NCBI GenBank assembly: GCA_017552475.1
Contig: JAFZPY010000126.1
Coordinates: forward strand, 126 to 64,125
DNA: 64,000 nt
Direction: 5' to 3'
Source of the DNA: Bacteroidales bacterium
GTDB lineage: Bacteria > Bacteroidota > Bacteroidia > Bacteroidales > UBA932
Position 1 is the stretch's first letter; every line of letters starts with the position of its first letter. The notes under the pieces are model-generated. The model did not search any database. It worked only from the letters and a program-made list of their open reading frames with translations, and was not told the DNA's origin. Of this stretch, positions 1-9,884 are shown piece after piece. The position numbers were made by a program, and so were the translations under genes.

Positions 1-1278
1 TGCGTAGGGGAATTCGGGAGCTTTGGGCATAACGGCCTTGAGGGCACGGAATGCAAGGTTGCCATGGCCGACTTCGCGGCGGCCGACGCCACGCTGGGCC
101 TTGGCTTCGCCTGTGGCGAAAGGAGGGAAGTTGTAGTGGAGCACGAACTGCTGGGTGTCCTGTACGAGCACTTCATCCATCTCCTTCATATCGAGCTTGG
201 TGCCGAGGGTGACACTGGCGAGGGCCTGTGTCTCACCACGGGTGAAGATGGCGGAACCGTGAGCGCAGGGGAGATAGCCGACCTCGCACCAGATAGGACG
301 TACGTCCTTGGTGCCACGGCCGTCAAGGCGGAGACCCTCATCGAGGATGAGGTTGCGCATGGCGGATTTCTCCTCGTCGTGATAGTATCTTGCGACCATC
401 TTGCCTTTTGCCTCCTGATCCTCTTCGGACAGGGTGTCAAGGAAGGACTGCTTGAGGGCTTCGAAAGCCTCGGTCCTCTCCTGCTTGGGCTTGGCTGCCT
501 TGGCGATATCGTATGCTTTCTGGTAGCAGAACTCGTGAACGGCCTTCTTGAGGTCTTCGTCCTCTTCGTCGTGAGGATAGTCCCTCTTGACGTCCTTGCC
601 GAGCTCCTTGTTGAGCTCCATCTGCACGAGACACTGCTTTTTGATCTCTTCGTGAGCGAACTTGATGGCTTCGAGCATATCGTGCTCGGATACCTCGTTC
701 ATCTCGCCCTCGACCATCATGATGTTGTCGTATGTGGCGGCAACCATCAGTTCGAGGTCGGCTTTCTCCATCTCGGAGAAAGTGGGGTTGATGACGAATT
801 TGCCGTCGATACGGCAAACCTTGACCTCGGACACAGGGCCAAGGAAGGGAATATCGCTGGTAGCGAGGGCTGCGGAGGCAGCGAGTCCGGCGAGGGCGTC
901 GGGCTGGATGTCCTTCTCAGCGGAAATAAGGTTGATCTGTACAAAGATAGCCAGGTGGAAATCATCCGGGAACAGAGGCCTGAGGGCCCTGTCCACGAGA
1001 CGGGCTATAAGAATCTCATAGTCTGAAGCCTTGCCTTCACGCTTCATAAAACCGCCGGGGAAACGGCCTGCGGCATAGAATTTCTCTTTATAATCGACCT
1101 GCAGGGGGAGGAAATCAGCGTCCTCGGCTGCCTCCTTGGCACAGGTAACGGTGGCAAGAAGCATAGTGCCACCCATCTTTACGACAACGGCGCCGTCGGC
1201 CTGTTTGGCCAGTTTGCCTGTCTCAATTTCGATTGTCCTACCGTCGGACAATTCAATCTTCTTGGTGATAACGTTCAT
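1..1278 (-). CDS. pnp: Polyribonucleotide nucleotidyltransferase (PNPase), 5' part; runs off window start
   Basis: Manual minus-strand translation from ATG at 1278: [33 protein letters not shown]...[11 protein letters not shown]...[12 protein letters not shown], the PNPase RNase PH domain. Lies downstream of rpsO as usual. Absent from the ORF track. Confidence 0.96.
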   Translation of the reverse strand, partial: MNVITKKIELSDGRTIEIETGKLAKQADGAVVVKMGGTMLLATVTCAKEAAEDADFLPLQVDYKEKFYAAGRFPGGFMKREGKASDYEILIARLVDRALRPLFPDDFHLAIFVQINLISAEKDIQPDALAGLAASAALATSDIPFLGPVSEVKVCRIDGKFVINPTFSEMEKADLELMVAATYDNIMMVEGEMNEVSEHDMLEAIKFAHEEIKKQCLVQMELNKELGKDVKRDYPHDEEDEDLKKAVHEFCYQKAYDIAKAAKPKQERTEAFEALKQSFLDTLSEEDQEAKGKMVARYYHDEEKSAMRNLILDEGLRLDGRGTKDVRPIWCEVGYLPCAHGSAIFTRGETQALASVTLGTKLDMKEMDEVLVQDTQQFVLHYNFPPFATGEAKAQRGVGRREVGHGNLAFRALKAVMPKAPEFPYA

Positions 1279-1340
1279 TACTTTAATTACTTACTGTTTT
1301 CGTACATTCGGGGCCGCCGGAACGGTTCGGGAAAGCTTCA

Positions 1341-1390
1341 AAACGAAAAGAAGGGAGAGATTCCTTTGGAGAACCCCATCCCTTCGTCTT
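1341..1390 (-). terminator. Intrinsic terminator/hairpin between rpsO and pnp
   Basis: Minus strand GAAGGGATGGGGTTC-TCCAAAG-GAATCTCTCCCTTC followed by TTTTCGTTTT. Confidence 0.6.
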
Positions 1391-1406
1391 TTCCTATTGT
1401 CGTCGA

Positions 1407-1682
1407 TTATCGACGGAGACCAAGCTCCTTGACAATCGCTCTGTATCTCTCGATGTCAACTCTCTGGAGATAGTCCAGAACCTGACGTCTTTTACCTACG
1501 AGACGGAGAAGAGAACGGCGGGTAACATTATCCTTCTTGTTCTTCTTCACATGCTCGGTGAGGTGATTGATACGGTAGGAAAATAAAGCAACTTGACTCT
1601 CAGGTGAGCCGGTGTCCTTATTAGACTTTCCGTACTTTTCGAAAATCTCTTGCTTTTTGTCTGCCTGTAAATATTCGGCCAT
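1407..1682 (-). CDS. rpsO: 30S ribosomal protein S15
   Basis: [22 protein letters not shown]...[12 protein letters not shown]...LGLRR. Confidence 0.98.
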   Translation of the reverse strand: MAEYLQADKKQEIFEKYGKSNKDTGSPESQVALFSYRINHLTEHVKKNKKDNVTRRSLLRLVGKRRQVLDYLQRVDIERYRAIVKELGLRR

Positions 1683-1716
1683 AATGCAAAAAATTACGTT
1701 AATGATTAATTATAAA

Positions 1717-1751
1717 CACGCTCTTTCTGGTCGAAAAAGCGTGCAAATTTA
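1717..1751 (-). promoter_or_regulatory. rpsO promoter -7 element (TAAATTTG) and 5' leader hairpin
   Basis: TAnnTTTG at 1751-1744, immediately followed by CACGCTTTTT-CGACCAG-AAAGAGCGTG. Confidence 0.55.
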
Positions 1752-1797
1752 GGCATAAAATCCGATAAAACAAAGCCTTTGCGGCAAAAAGTCTATT

Positions 1798-3246
1798 TTA
1801 TAGGTATTCTATATCCATGTGATAGTCCCATAGAGGGAAATAGAGGTTGCCGCCAGACCATTCCACCTCGCCTCTCTGGAAGTCCACAGTCTCGCTGCGG
1901 GGGTATTTCTTGGCAGGAGAAAGAGGATAGCTGTAGTCGCTGTTGACATAGAGACGGTAGGAGTCGATGCCGCCGAAGTAGAAGAATTCAGCTTCAGGAA
2001 GATCCATCTTCCACCGGCAAGGCTCATCCACGGCCCAGATGCCCATATAGGGGGCATTGCGGATAGCAAACGGAGGTATGCCGAAAGACGTGTCGACAGG
2101 GAGCCATCCATATCCTTCGAAATAGATTTCACCCCAGTCGTGGAGATTCCATTCGCCCGGGTGCATCATGAAGCCGCTCTGCCAGCGGGCCGGAATGCCT
2201 TTGATGCGGCATAAGGTCAGGAACAGGAGGGTAACCTGGCCACAGTCGCCGTGACCGTTGTCAAGGACGTATTCGGGGATGTTGTCGAGGGTGGAGTATT
2301 CGCGGGCCGACGCCCAGGGGAAATTGTCATTGACCCATGTGAACATACGGCGGGCCTGGAGATAAGGGCTGTCAATGCCGGCCGTGAGGGAGTCGGCGAT
2401 GGCGCGCAGGCGCGGGCTGAAAGTCATGTGGGGCTGGCGTTCGGAGGTGTAGTAGATGTAGCCGCGGCCGGTTGTGTTGTATGGCCTGATGGAGCCAGGG
2501 TCGACGGGATGCCATTCGCCCCAGGCAGTGTATTCGAATTGTTCGGAGAATACGGTGGGCTGTCCGGCCACGGCCTTCTTTTCCATGTATAGAGTGCTGT
2601 GGGGATGCGATTCGGGGGCAAAGACGTACTCCGCTTCGCTGGCAGAGATGAATTTGATGTCGGTCTGGCGGGCCACGTCGGCACGGGGATAAGGGAGCCA
2701 GCAGCGAACGGTCTCGCCGTCAGGGACTGCATCTGCATCGACGGTGAGGGTATATGTGACGCGCATGCGTGCCGGAGCTGAGTGGTATGGACGGGCCTTC
2801 CCCAGGAGAAGGTTGTCTTTGACGCCGCTGACGATGGCGGGGATGTTGAGCGCGTCAATGGCATTGTGTCCTGATGGTCTGTCGAGGGTGGTGTCATTGG
2901 CTGCAACTATTGCGTAGCAGTCGGGATCGATGCGGAAAAGGTTGGGAGCCGCATTGCGGAAGTAGCGCACAGTCTCGGGAGTGCCGTCTCCGTCGAGGTC
3001 AAGCATCTTGTTCTCGAGGCGTCCGGAGGCTGTCCAGGCATCTATCTGGGCTTCCGTGACGTCTGGAATGTATTGCCTTATGTACTCGGTGACTTCGCCG
3101 CGAGTGCGGCTGAAGTCGGTCTCGATACGGGAGGCGAGGTCGGTCTCCCATGCTTTTTCGCGGTTGCGCAGGTCTATCCGCTGATAGAGCCACCAGCCGG
3201 CTATGCCGACACAGCAGACTCCGAATATGATATTGGACAGTTTCAT
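1798..3246 (-). CDS. Transglutaminase-like domain protein, N-terminal membrane anchor
   Basis: HGDCGQ (Cys), LHDW (His) and WLPVD (Asp) triad motifs; ATGA overlap with the epimerase. Confidence 0.85.
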   Translation of the reverse strand: MKLSNIIFGVCCVGIAGWWLYQRIDLRNREKAWETDLASRIETDFSRTRGEVTEYIRQYIPDVTEAQIDAWTASGRLENKMLDLDGDGTPETVRYFRNAAPNLFRIDPDCYAIVAANDTTLDRPSGHNAIDALNIPAIVSGVKDNLLLGKARPYHSAPARMRVTYTLTVDADAVPDGETVRCWLPYPRADVARQTDIKFISASEAEYVFAPESHPHSTLYMEKKAVAGQPTVFSEQFEYTAWGEWHPVDPGSIRPYNTTGRGYIYYTSERQPHMTFSPRLRAIADSLTAGIDSPYLQARRMFTWVNDNFPWASAREYSTLDNIPEYVLDNGHGDCGQVTLLFLTLCRIKGIPARWQSGFMMHPGEWNLHDWGEIYFEGYGWLPVDTSFGIPPFAIRNAPYMGIWAVDEPCRWKMDLPEAEFFYFGGIDSYRLYVNSDYSYPLSPAKKYPRSETVDFQRGEVEWSGGNLYFPLWDYHMDIEYL

Positions 3247-4391
3247 GACTTGACCGGGATTACGCCGATGCCGGGACGATCGGGAATGGTGAGCTTGCCG
3301 CCCACAACCTTGACGCCGTCGAAGCAGTCATTGGCGATGAGAAGGTTGCCATCGAGGTCTGCAAAGTCTACCGCAGGAGAGAACTGGGCGGCGGCGGACA
3401 CAGCGCACGATGTCTCGGTCATGCAGCCGACCATGACTTTCATACCGTTGCCGCGGGCGAAGTCAACCATCTTGTGGCCTTCGAGCATGCCGGTGCATTT
3501 CATCAGTTTGATATTGATGCCGCTGTAGGCGCCTTTGAGGTAATTGATGTCGCGCAGGCGCTGTATGGACTCGTCGGCGAAGATTGGAAGAGGGCTATGT
3601 TCCGTGATCCAGGCAATATCGTCAATGCGAGTCTTGTGCATAGGCTGCTCGACCATGACAATGCCGTGCTCTTGAAGCCAGAATATCTCATCGAGAGCCT
3701 GCTGACGGTCCTTCCAGCCCTGGTTTGCATCGACCGCTATTGGAAGGTCGGTAACCGAACGGATAGTCTCGATCATCTCCTTGTCATTGTCGAGTCCGAC
3801 TTTGACTTTGAGGATATTGAACTTGCCGGCGCATTCGAGGGTCTTCTCACGCACGACGTCCGGAGTGTCGATGCCGATGGTGAAGGTCGTATCAGGCGCC
3901 TTGGCGGCATCATAGCCCCAGAGGCGGCACCAATTGACACCCAGGAGTTTGCCCACGAGGTCGTGCAGCGCGATGTCTACTGCAGCCTTGGCGGCCGTGT
4001 CACCGGGAGAGAGACTGTCGACATAGGCCATGATTTCTTCTATCTGGAAAGGGTCCCTGAACTGCGAAAGGTCGACTTTCTGAAGGAACGAGGTCACGCT
4101 CTCGACGGTCTGTCCGAGGTAGGGCGGCATGGATGCTTCGCCGTAGCCGGTGAATCCTTCGTAGTCAATCTGGACCTGCACGTCAGGAGTGGTGGTGCGG
4201 CTGTATGAAGCCACGGTGAAGACGTGGGCAAGATGCAGTTCGTAGGGATAGAATTTAAGTGTCATGCCACCTTTTGCGGTATTGATATTGAACGGACGGG
4301 GGACATTGTCGCCCGGACGGCAGCCCATGAATGCTCCGAGGCCGATTGCCGCAAGGCCGGCCGTCTTGATGAAGTCTCTTCTGCTTTGCAT
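3243..4391 (-). CDS. L-Ala-D/L-Glu dipeptide epimerase (enolase superfamily, YkfB-like) with twin-arginine lipoprotein-type signal
   Basis: KVKVG, DANQGW, EQP, DES, NIKLMK and DLDG motifs; N-terminus SRRDFIK...AFMGC. Confidence 0.9.
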   Translation of the reverse strand: MQSRRDFIKTAGLAAIGLGAFMGCRPGDNVPRPFNINTAKGGMTLKFYPYELHLAHVFTVASYSRTTTPDVQVQIDYEGFTGYGEASMPPYLGQTVESVTSFLQKVDLSQFRDPFQIEEIMAYVDSLSPGDTAAKAAVDIALHDLVGKLLGVNWCRLWGYDAAKAPDTTFTIGIDTPDVVREKTLECAGKFNILKVKVGLDNDKEMIETIRSVTDLPIAVDANQGWKDRQQALDEIFWLQEHGIVMVEQPMHKTRIDDIAWITEHSPLPIFADESIQRLRDINYLKGAYSGINIKLMKCTGMLEGHKMVDFARGNGMKVMVGCMTETSCAVSAAAQFSPAVDFADLDGNLLIANDCFDGVKVVGGKLTIPDRPGIGVIPVKS

Positions 4392-4417
4392 AGTGTGTGT
4401 GGTTGTGTATAGATTGG

Positions 4418-5368
4418 TTATTCGTTATAGAACTGGTTGGTGGCGGTGGTGGTGAGACCTTCCATTTCATTGATATAAGGGAGTATCCTCGATGCATACA
4501 AGAGACGTTTGGTGTCAGCCTCATCGTAGAGAGGGTCGTCGGGCATGAAGCTGCTGACATGTACGTAGCCGAGGGAGTGGATAAAATAGCCGTCACCAAT
4601 GTAGAAGCCTACATGACTTACACGGTCGCGTGCCCCGTCAACGCCGAACTTACCAAAGAAAAGCAGGTCGCCGGGAAGCAGATTGGAGAAGTCAGCTGCA
4701 ATATGTATGCGTTCTCCGCGAGGCGCCATCTGACTGGCATCGCGGGGAATAATGATGTCGTGCATGTAAAGGGTAGCGCGCACGAAGCCGCTGCAATCGA
4801 CGCCTTTGGGCGACATGCCGGCCCAGAGGTAAGGGATGCCGAGGAAGCGGTGGGCCGTGGCAAGAACGGACGCGGCGTCCTGGCGCAAGCCCTTGCGCCA
4901 GTCTTCTTCACGGGCAGATGCGCTGCGGAGCACATAGCCCTCGCGGCCGTCGGGGAAGCCGACTCGGAAAAACTTGCCTTTGGTGCCGAGATAGCGCAGT
5001 CTGTTGCCTCCGACTATATCGGAGACCGGCGCGGATTTCACATCAGGGGCAGAGTAGACAATGCCGTACATATCGGTCACGATGACTTTCTCCGAGCTAT
5101 TCCATGCAGAGTACTCTTCTGCGGACATGGGCGCAACGGCTTCGTTCAGGACCCAGCCTTTGTATCCGTCCGGGGTCTGGATCTGCAGCCATCGGCCTTC
5201 CTGAAGGATGTGCACGGGCGTGCCCATAATCGCTTGCGTAATCATCTCGGCGCTGTAGTCACCGGTGTCACGCATGTTTGCAACCGAGAGTGTGATGACA
5301 CCCCTGTCAGCGGCGCGCATAGAGAAAGCCGCGAGTGCGGCCAATAAAAAAATGACTGTCTTTTTCAT
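4418..5368 (-). CDS. SH3b + NlpC/P60 gamma-D-glutamyl peptidase (YkfC-like)
   Basis: Signal peptide, two SH3b-like segments, PYLWAG..GVDCSG, SHVG, FIHS. Confidence 0.9.
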   Translation of the reverse strand: MKKTVIFLLAALAAFSMRAADRGVITLSVANMRDTGDYSAEMITQAIMGTPVHILQEGRWLQIQTPDGYKGWVLNEAVAPMSAEEYSAWNSSEKVIVTDMYGIVYSAPDVKSAPVSDIVGGNRLRYLGTKGKFFRVGFPDGREGYVLRSASAREEDWRKGLRQDAASVLATAHRFLGIPYLWAGMSPKGVDCSGFVRATLYMHDIIIPRDASQMAPRGERIHIAADFSNLLPGDLLFFGKFGVDGARDRVSHVGFYIGDGYFIHSLGYVHVSSFMPDDPLYDEADTKRLLYASRILPYINEMEGLTTTATNQFYNE

Positions 5369-5413
5369 GCGATAAAGATAGTCATTTTTAATTAAGAAAT
5401 AAACGGGAATGGT

Positions 5414-5854
5414 CTATTTCTTTTTCAGCAGGTCGCGGATCTCTTCAAGGAGGACGACATCGTCGGGCTTGGGAGCCGGGGCCTCAGGTTCTGCCGGAGC
5501 TTCCTCTTTCTTGGTGAGGTTCTGAGCCTTGACGATGGCTCTGATGACCACGAAGATGCAGAAGGCAATGATGAGGAAGTCCACAAGGGTCTGAATGAAG
5601 TTGCCATAGGTCAAGGTGACGGCAGGTTTGACAACTGTCTCACCGTCCATAACCGCTCCGCGTAGTGTTACGGAAAGCGTGGTAAAATCCACGTTGCCGA
5701 GGAGTGCGCCGACCAGGGGCATGATAATGTCATTGACAAGAGATGAAACGATCTTGCCGAATGCACCGCCGATGACAACGCCGACAGCCATGTCGATTAC
5801 ATTTCCTTTCATGGCAAAGGCCTTGAAATCAGTCAGAAAAGAAGATTTGGACAT
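5414..5854 (-). CDS. mscL: Large-conductance mechanosensitive channel
   Basis: [37 protein letters not shown]...[10 protein letters not shown]. Confidence 0.98.
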   Translation of the reverse strand: MSKSSFLTDFKAFAMKGNVIDMAVGVVIGGAFGKIVSSLVNDIIMPLVGALLGNVDFTTLSVTLRGAVMDGETVVKPAVTLTYGNFIQTLVDFLIIAFCIFVVIRAIVKAQNLTKKEEAPAEPEAPAPKPDDVVLLEEIRDLLKKK

Positions 5855-5921
5855 AGTGTATAAAATTTAAGTGTGAAGTGTCGTGAATATGCGAATATAT
5901 AAAAAATTCCAAATATATATA

Positions 5922-6884
5922 CTATGACATTTCCACAGGTATAATGGTTCCGTCGGAAGCGAACCGCAGGCGGTCCATGCACACGACGCGGTTGTTGCCG
6001 TCGGAGCGGTCTGCATCCATCGGATGGCGATGATAAATGATATAGTAGTCGTCACCATGGCGGACCACACTGTGATGGCCAGCACCGGTACCGTGGATAT
6101 TATCCGCCTTTAGGATTGTACCGACCCTGTCGAACGGGCCGAAAGGACTGTCGGCGATCGCATATGCGACACAGTAGTCGTCACGTGTCCATCCGCCTTC
6201 GCTCCACATGAAGTAATACTTGCCGTCCCTGACCAGCATGAAGGGGCCCTCGACATAGTTGGCCGGAGTGACCTCCTTGTAGATTTCCCCGTCATCGAAC
6301 GGAATGATGGTCTTGAAGTCGTCACTCAGACGCACGAGGTTGCAATGCTGCCAGCCGCCATAGTACATGAGCCACTGGCCCGTCAGGTCATCGTAAAATA
6401 CAAACTGGTCTATCGGCTGCGCACCATTGACGATTTCATTGATGAGAGGGCCTCCTGCAAGATCGGCGAAGGGGCCCTCCGGCTTTTCGGCGACGGCTAC
6501 TCCTATGCCACCCACCTCGCCCTGATGCACATCGTTGCATGAAAAGAACAAGTAAAACCTGCCGTCTTTGGCGACTATCGAGGGGGCCCACAGGGCCTGC
6601 CACAGCCATGTAATTTCATCCGAGCTTATGATGTTCTCATGTTTGGTCCATGTCCGGAGATCGCGTGATGAGAATGCATCCAGGTGCAGCTGCTCGCCGT
6701 AAGGATGGGAGTATATGGGATATATCCACAATTCGTCGCCGATCATAATGCCTTCTGGGTCGGCATAACGTCCAGGGAATAGAGGATTGGTCCACGATTC
6801 CCAGGTGGAGCGGGTAGTGTTCATGCACTGGACAGCGCTCAGGGCAACTAAGATGATGAAGGAAATAGCTATGTGTTTTTTCAT
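5922..6884 (-). CDS. Glycoside hydrolase family 43 (exported)
   Basis: YADP, WAP, PIDQ, EGP and GHHS motifs; signal peptide. Confidence 0.9.
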   Translation of the reverse strand: MKKHIAISFIILVALSAVQCMNTTRSTWESWTNPLFPGRYADPEGIMIGDELWIYPIYSHPYGEQLHLDAFSSRDLRTWTKHENIISSDEITWLWQALWAPSIVAKDGRFYLFFSCNDVHQGEVGGIGVAVAEKPEGPFADLAGGPLINEIVNGAQPIDQFVFYDDLTGQWLMYYGGWQHCNLVRLSDDFKTIIPFDDGEIYKEVTPANYVEGPFMLVRDGKYYFMWSEGGWTRDDYCVAYAIADSPFGPFDRVGTILKADNIHGTGAGHHSVVRHGDDYYIIYHRHPMDADRSDGNNRVVCMDRLRFASDGTIIPVEMS

Positions 6885-7103
6885 GTGGTAAAGTTAGGAA
6901 GAAATCGGCTTTAGTGCAAGGGATTCGCCGGCCGCATAATCGTGTCAGGAGGCCAGCACACAAGCAATTATTTATTTTAAATATTTTATTTTCAAAAGAT
7001 TTGTAAAAATATTTTGCGGAGAAGGATAAATATTTATATATTTGCGAAGTAATAGTAAGTGTGCTTAATTTTGTGCAGCCACTAACGCGAAAATAATAAT
7101 GCT

Positions 7104-9884
7104 ATGAGAAAAACTATTCATCTAGCCCTTGCCATCGGCGCCATCGCGCTAGCAGCATCCTGTTCAGAGGAACTTGACGGACCCGTCCCCCAGACCGCGG
7201 GATCCGAGGTTAAAGCCCCCATGCGCTTCTCCGCCGTCAATTCCGCTACATCATCAATCCTCGACATCTCCACCTCCGTCACCACCAGGGCATCCCTCTC
7301 AGGGAGTGACCTCCGGTGGCAGAATGGTGACAAGATCGCCATCTACGAGTATCTCGGCGCAGACCTCTTTCAAAAGGACATCTGCTCCACCACATCCGAT
7401 ACCCGTTCAGGGGAATTCACCCCGGAAAACAACACCTACAACACCGACTGGATCACTAATGCCGGTTCCGACCTCGAGAAGTACGCCTTCTGCGCCTACT
7501 ATCCCGAGTCGGGGCTCAAGAACCCAGTCGACGATGCGGTCATCCTGACCAACGTCTCCAATGTCCAGTCCGGCACGCCCGACGGCATCGGCCCTAACCT
7601 TATCTGCTGGGCCCGTGACGACAGCAGGACCCGCGCGGACATCCTGTCCGGAGCGGGATACCCCACGCTGTCCTTCTCCCCGAGGATGGCCATAATCAAT
7701 ATCAATGTCAACAACTCCACGGACACCCCTCTGACCATAACCGAACTCACCGTCACGGCCGACGAGGGCATCCTCTCAGGCGCGGCGGAACTCCATATCC
7801 CGACCGGCGCCCTCACCGTCATCAATGACGAACTCTATCCCGGCTCATCCTCCATCTCCGCCAGCCCCTCGGTCGTAGCACAGCAGGCCGGCGAAGTCAC
7901 GATTCCCATCGCCGTTCTGCCCAACTCCGAGATCTCCTCACTGTCGTTCAACATGGTCGCATCGTCCGGCGGGCACATCTATTCCGTCGTCATCCCCGAT
8001 GCACCCATCAGCAACATCATATCCGGATACATATATGAAGTCGATGCCGGCATCACCGCCATCCACAGGAAAGCGAGCGGCGTGACCGTCATCAGCCCCG
8101 CCGCCACCCTCTGGACCGGCAATACCGCCACATATACCGCCTCCGTGGAATATCTCACCGGAGATCCCGAGATCGGCGACGCCATCTGGGAGTCATCAGA
8201 TGAGACCGTCGCCACCGTCGATCCCGAGACCGGCGTAATCACCGCCGTAGGACCCGGTACCGCCAGCATCGTCGCCAAAGCGGCCTACGACGCATCCATC
8301 TTCGATTCCCAGGAGGTCCATGTCAACGCCCTCACCGGCATCGGCATCACCGATACCTTCCTCAGCATCCAGAAGAGCCACTCCGCGACCCTGACCGCCT
8401 CCATGATCATCAATGACGGCGCCGCCACCTACGGCACCATCCCCGAGGATGTCTGCATCTGCTGGTCATCCGAGGACATCCAGACAGCATCCCTTTCGGA
8501 TGAAGCCAGGATCAGCGGCCAGAGCGTCACCATATATGCTAATGAAGCAGGTTCGACCATTGTCACCGCATACATGCCCGAGGGAACCTGCGGCAACAAC
8601 CCTCTCATTGAGAGCGTCTGCGCCATCTACGTCTGCCTCACCGTCGGTGACGTCACCATGAACACCCCCGCCGCCACCCTGTGGAAAGGCAATACCACCA
8701 CCTATTCCGCCACCGCCACCTACGAGACGGAGGTCCCGGACCAGAACGTCACATGGTCATCCAATGACGAATCCGTCGCCACCGTCGATCCCGCCACCGG
8801 CCTGGTGACCGCCGTCGGCAACGGCGCCGCCGTCATCACGGCCACTTCAGCCCACGACGCCACCAAGACTGCCGCCCAGGCCGTCTACGTCAATACTCTC
8901 ACCGACCTCAACATCTCGGCGGCCACACGTTCCGTCCGGAAGAACGAGACCACAACCCTCACCGCGACACCTGTCGTCAACGGCGGCGGCTCCTCATACG
9001 GCACAGTCCCGGCCATCACCGTCAACTGGTCATCAAGCGAGACTGAAAAAGCCACGGTATCCAGCGCAGCCGTCTCCAGCAGCGACGAGGTCACCATCAG
9101 CGGCGTCTCCGCCGGCTCATCCACTATCACCGCCAGTGTAAATGCCAATGTCAACGGCACCCACAGCGCAGTCTCAAAGACCTGTGACCTCACCGTGACC
9201 GACGTCTCCTCCGTCGCCATGGTCACCGGCGCAACCACCCTCTGGCGCTATAATTCCACCACTTTCACCGCCCGCATCACATACGGCAGCGGCGCTACTT
9301 CCACCTCCGCTTCCCTCTTCAACTGGACATCCTCCAACCCCGCAGTCGCCTCTGTCAACTCCAACGGCGTCGTCACTGCCAATGCCATAGGATACGCATA
9401 CATCTACGCCACCTCCAAGGAAGATGGTGCCCGTGTCGGCTCCCAGGTGGTCTATGTCCAGGCTCTCGCGCTTTCGAATACGACTATATATGTTACTACT
9501 ATGGATATTTTTATTGTTGGCAGTTCTGCTAAGGGTGTAACCGTCAACAATGAGACAAGCGCTGGTACAGTCTCTACAGGAAATGGCGGCAGTGCAACAG
9601 CTTCATATAAGTATGTTACAATCTCTTTCGCTCCTGGTACTCCCGGATGGCCAGTTCTGGTTAATTACTTAGGTCAGAGCGTAACGTACTCTGGTGGTAT
9701 CTCAGTGAACTGGAGCGCAAGCGGAGGGACATTCTTAAGTGTCGCGTCATCCAGTGTTTACATGTATTATTACTCAGTCTTCGGTAATGCAGGACCGGTA
9801 GTTTATGCCACTATTCCAGCTGGACGATATGGAAATCCCTCAGCTGTCACAATAGCATGGGCCCTTGAAAGCAGTATATACTAA
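7104..9884 (+). CDS. Fimbrillin-like lipoprotein with tandem bacterial Ig-like (Big_2) domains; probably truncated by a frameshift
   Basis: Lipobox LAASC; fimbrillin-like N-domain (TRAS...WQNGDKIAIY...CAYYP); repeated WxSSDExVATVD..G.VTAVG.G motifs. Confidence 0.8.
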   Translation: MRKTIHLALAIGAIALAASCSEELDGPVPQTAGSEVKAPMRFSAVNSATSSILDISTSVTTRASLSGSDLRWQNGDKIAIYEYLGADLFQKDICSTTSDTRSGEFTPENNTYNTDWITNAGSDLEKYAFCAYYPESGLKNPVDDAVILTNVSNVQSGTPDGIGPNLICWARDDSRTRADILSGAGYPTLSFSPRMAIININVNNSTDTPLTITELTVTADEGILSGAAELHIPTGALTVINDELYPGSSSISASPSVVAQQAGEVTIPIAVLPNSEISSLSFNMVASSGGHIYSVVIPDAPISNIISGYIYEVDAGITAIHRKASGVTVISPAATLWTGNTATYTASVEYLTGDPEIGDAIWESSDETVATVDPETGVITAVGPGTASIVAKAAYDASIFDSQEVHVNALTGIGITDTFLSIQKSHSATLTASMIINDGAATYGTIPEDVCICWSSEDIQTASLSDEARISGQSVTIYANEAGSTIVTAYMPEGTCGNNPLIESVCAIYVCLTVGDVTMNTPAATLWKGNTTTYSATATYETEVPDQNVTWSSNDESVATVDPATGLVTAVGNGAAVITATSAHDATKTAAQAVYVNTLTDLNISAATRSVRKNETTTLTATPVVNGGGSSYGTVPAITVNWSSSETEKATVSSAAVSSSDEVTISGVSAGSSTITASVNANVNGTHSAVSKTCDLTVTDVSSVAMVTGATTLWRYNSTTFTARITYGSGATSTSASLFNWTSSNPAVASVNSNGVVTANAIGYAYIYATSKEDGARVGSQVVYVQALALSNTTIYVTTMDIFIVGSSAKGVTVNNETSAGTVSTGNGGSATASYKYVTISFAPGTPGWPVLVNYLGQSVTYSGGISVNWSASGGTFLSVASSSVYMYYYSVFGNAGPVVYATIPAGRYGNPSAVTIAWALESSIY
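8080..9470 (+). repeat. About 2.5 internal tandem repeats of ~570 bp (two Ig-like domains per unit)
   Basis: PAATLWTGNT (~8095), PAATLWKGNT (~8665), GATTLWRYNS (~9230); DNA GCCGCCACCCT(C/G)TGG and GTCGCCACCGTCGATCCCG recur. Confidence 0.8.

Noticed and set aside
64-1026. 320-aa plus-strand ORF
   Set aside because: Antisense shadow of pnp, which the ORF track missed because it runs off the window edge.
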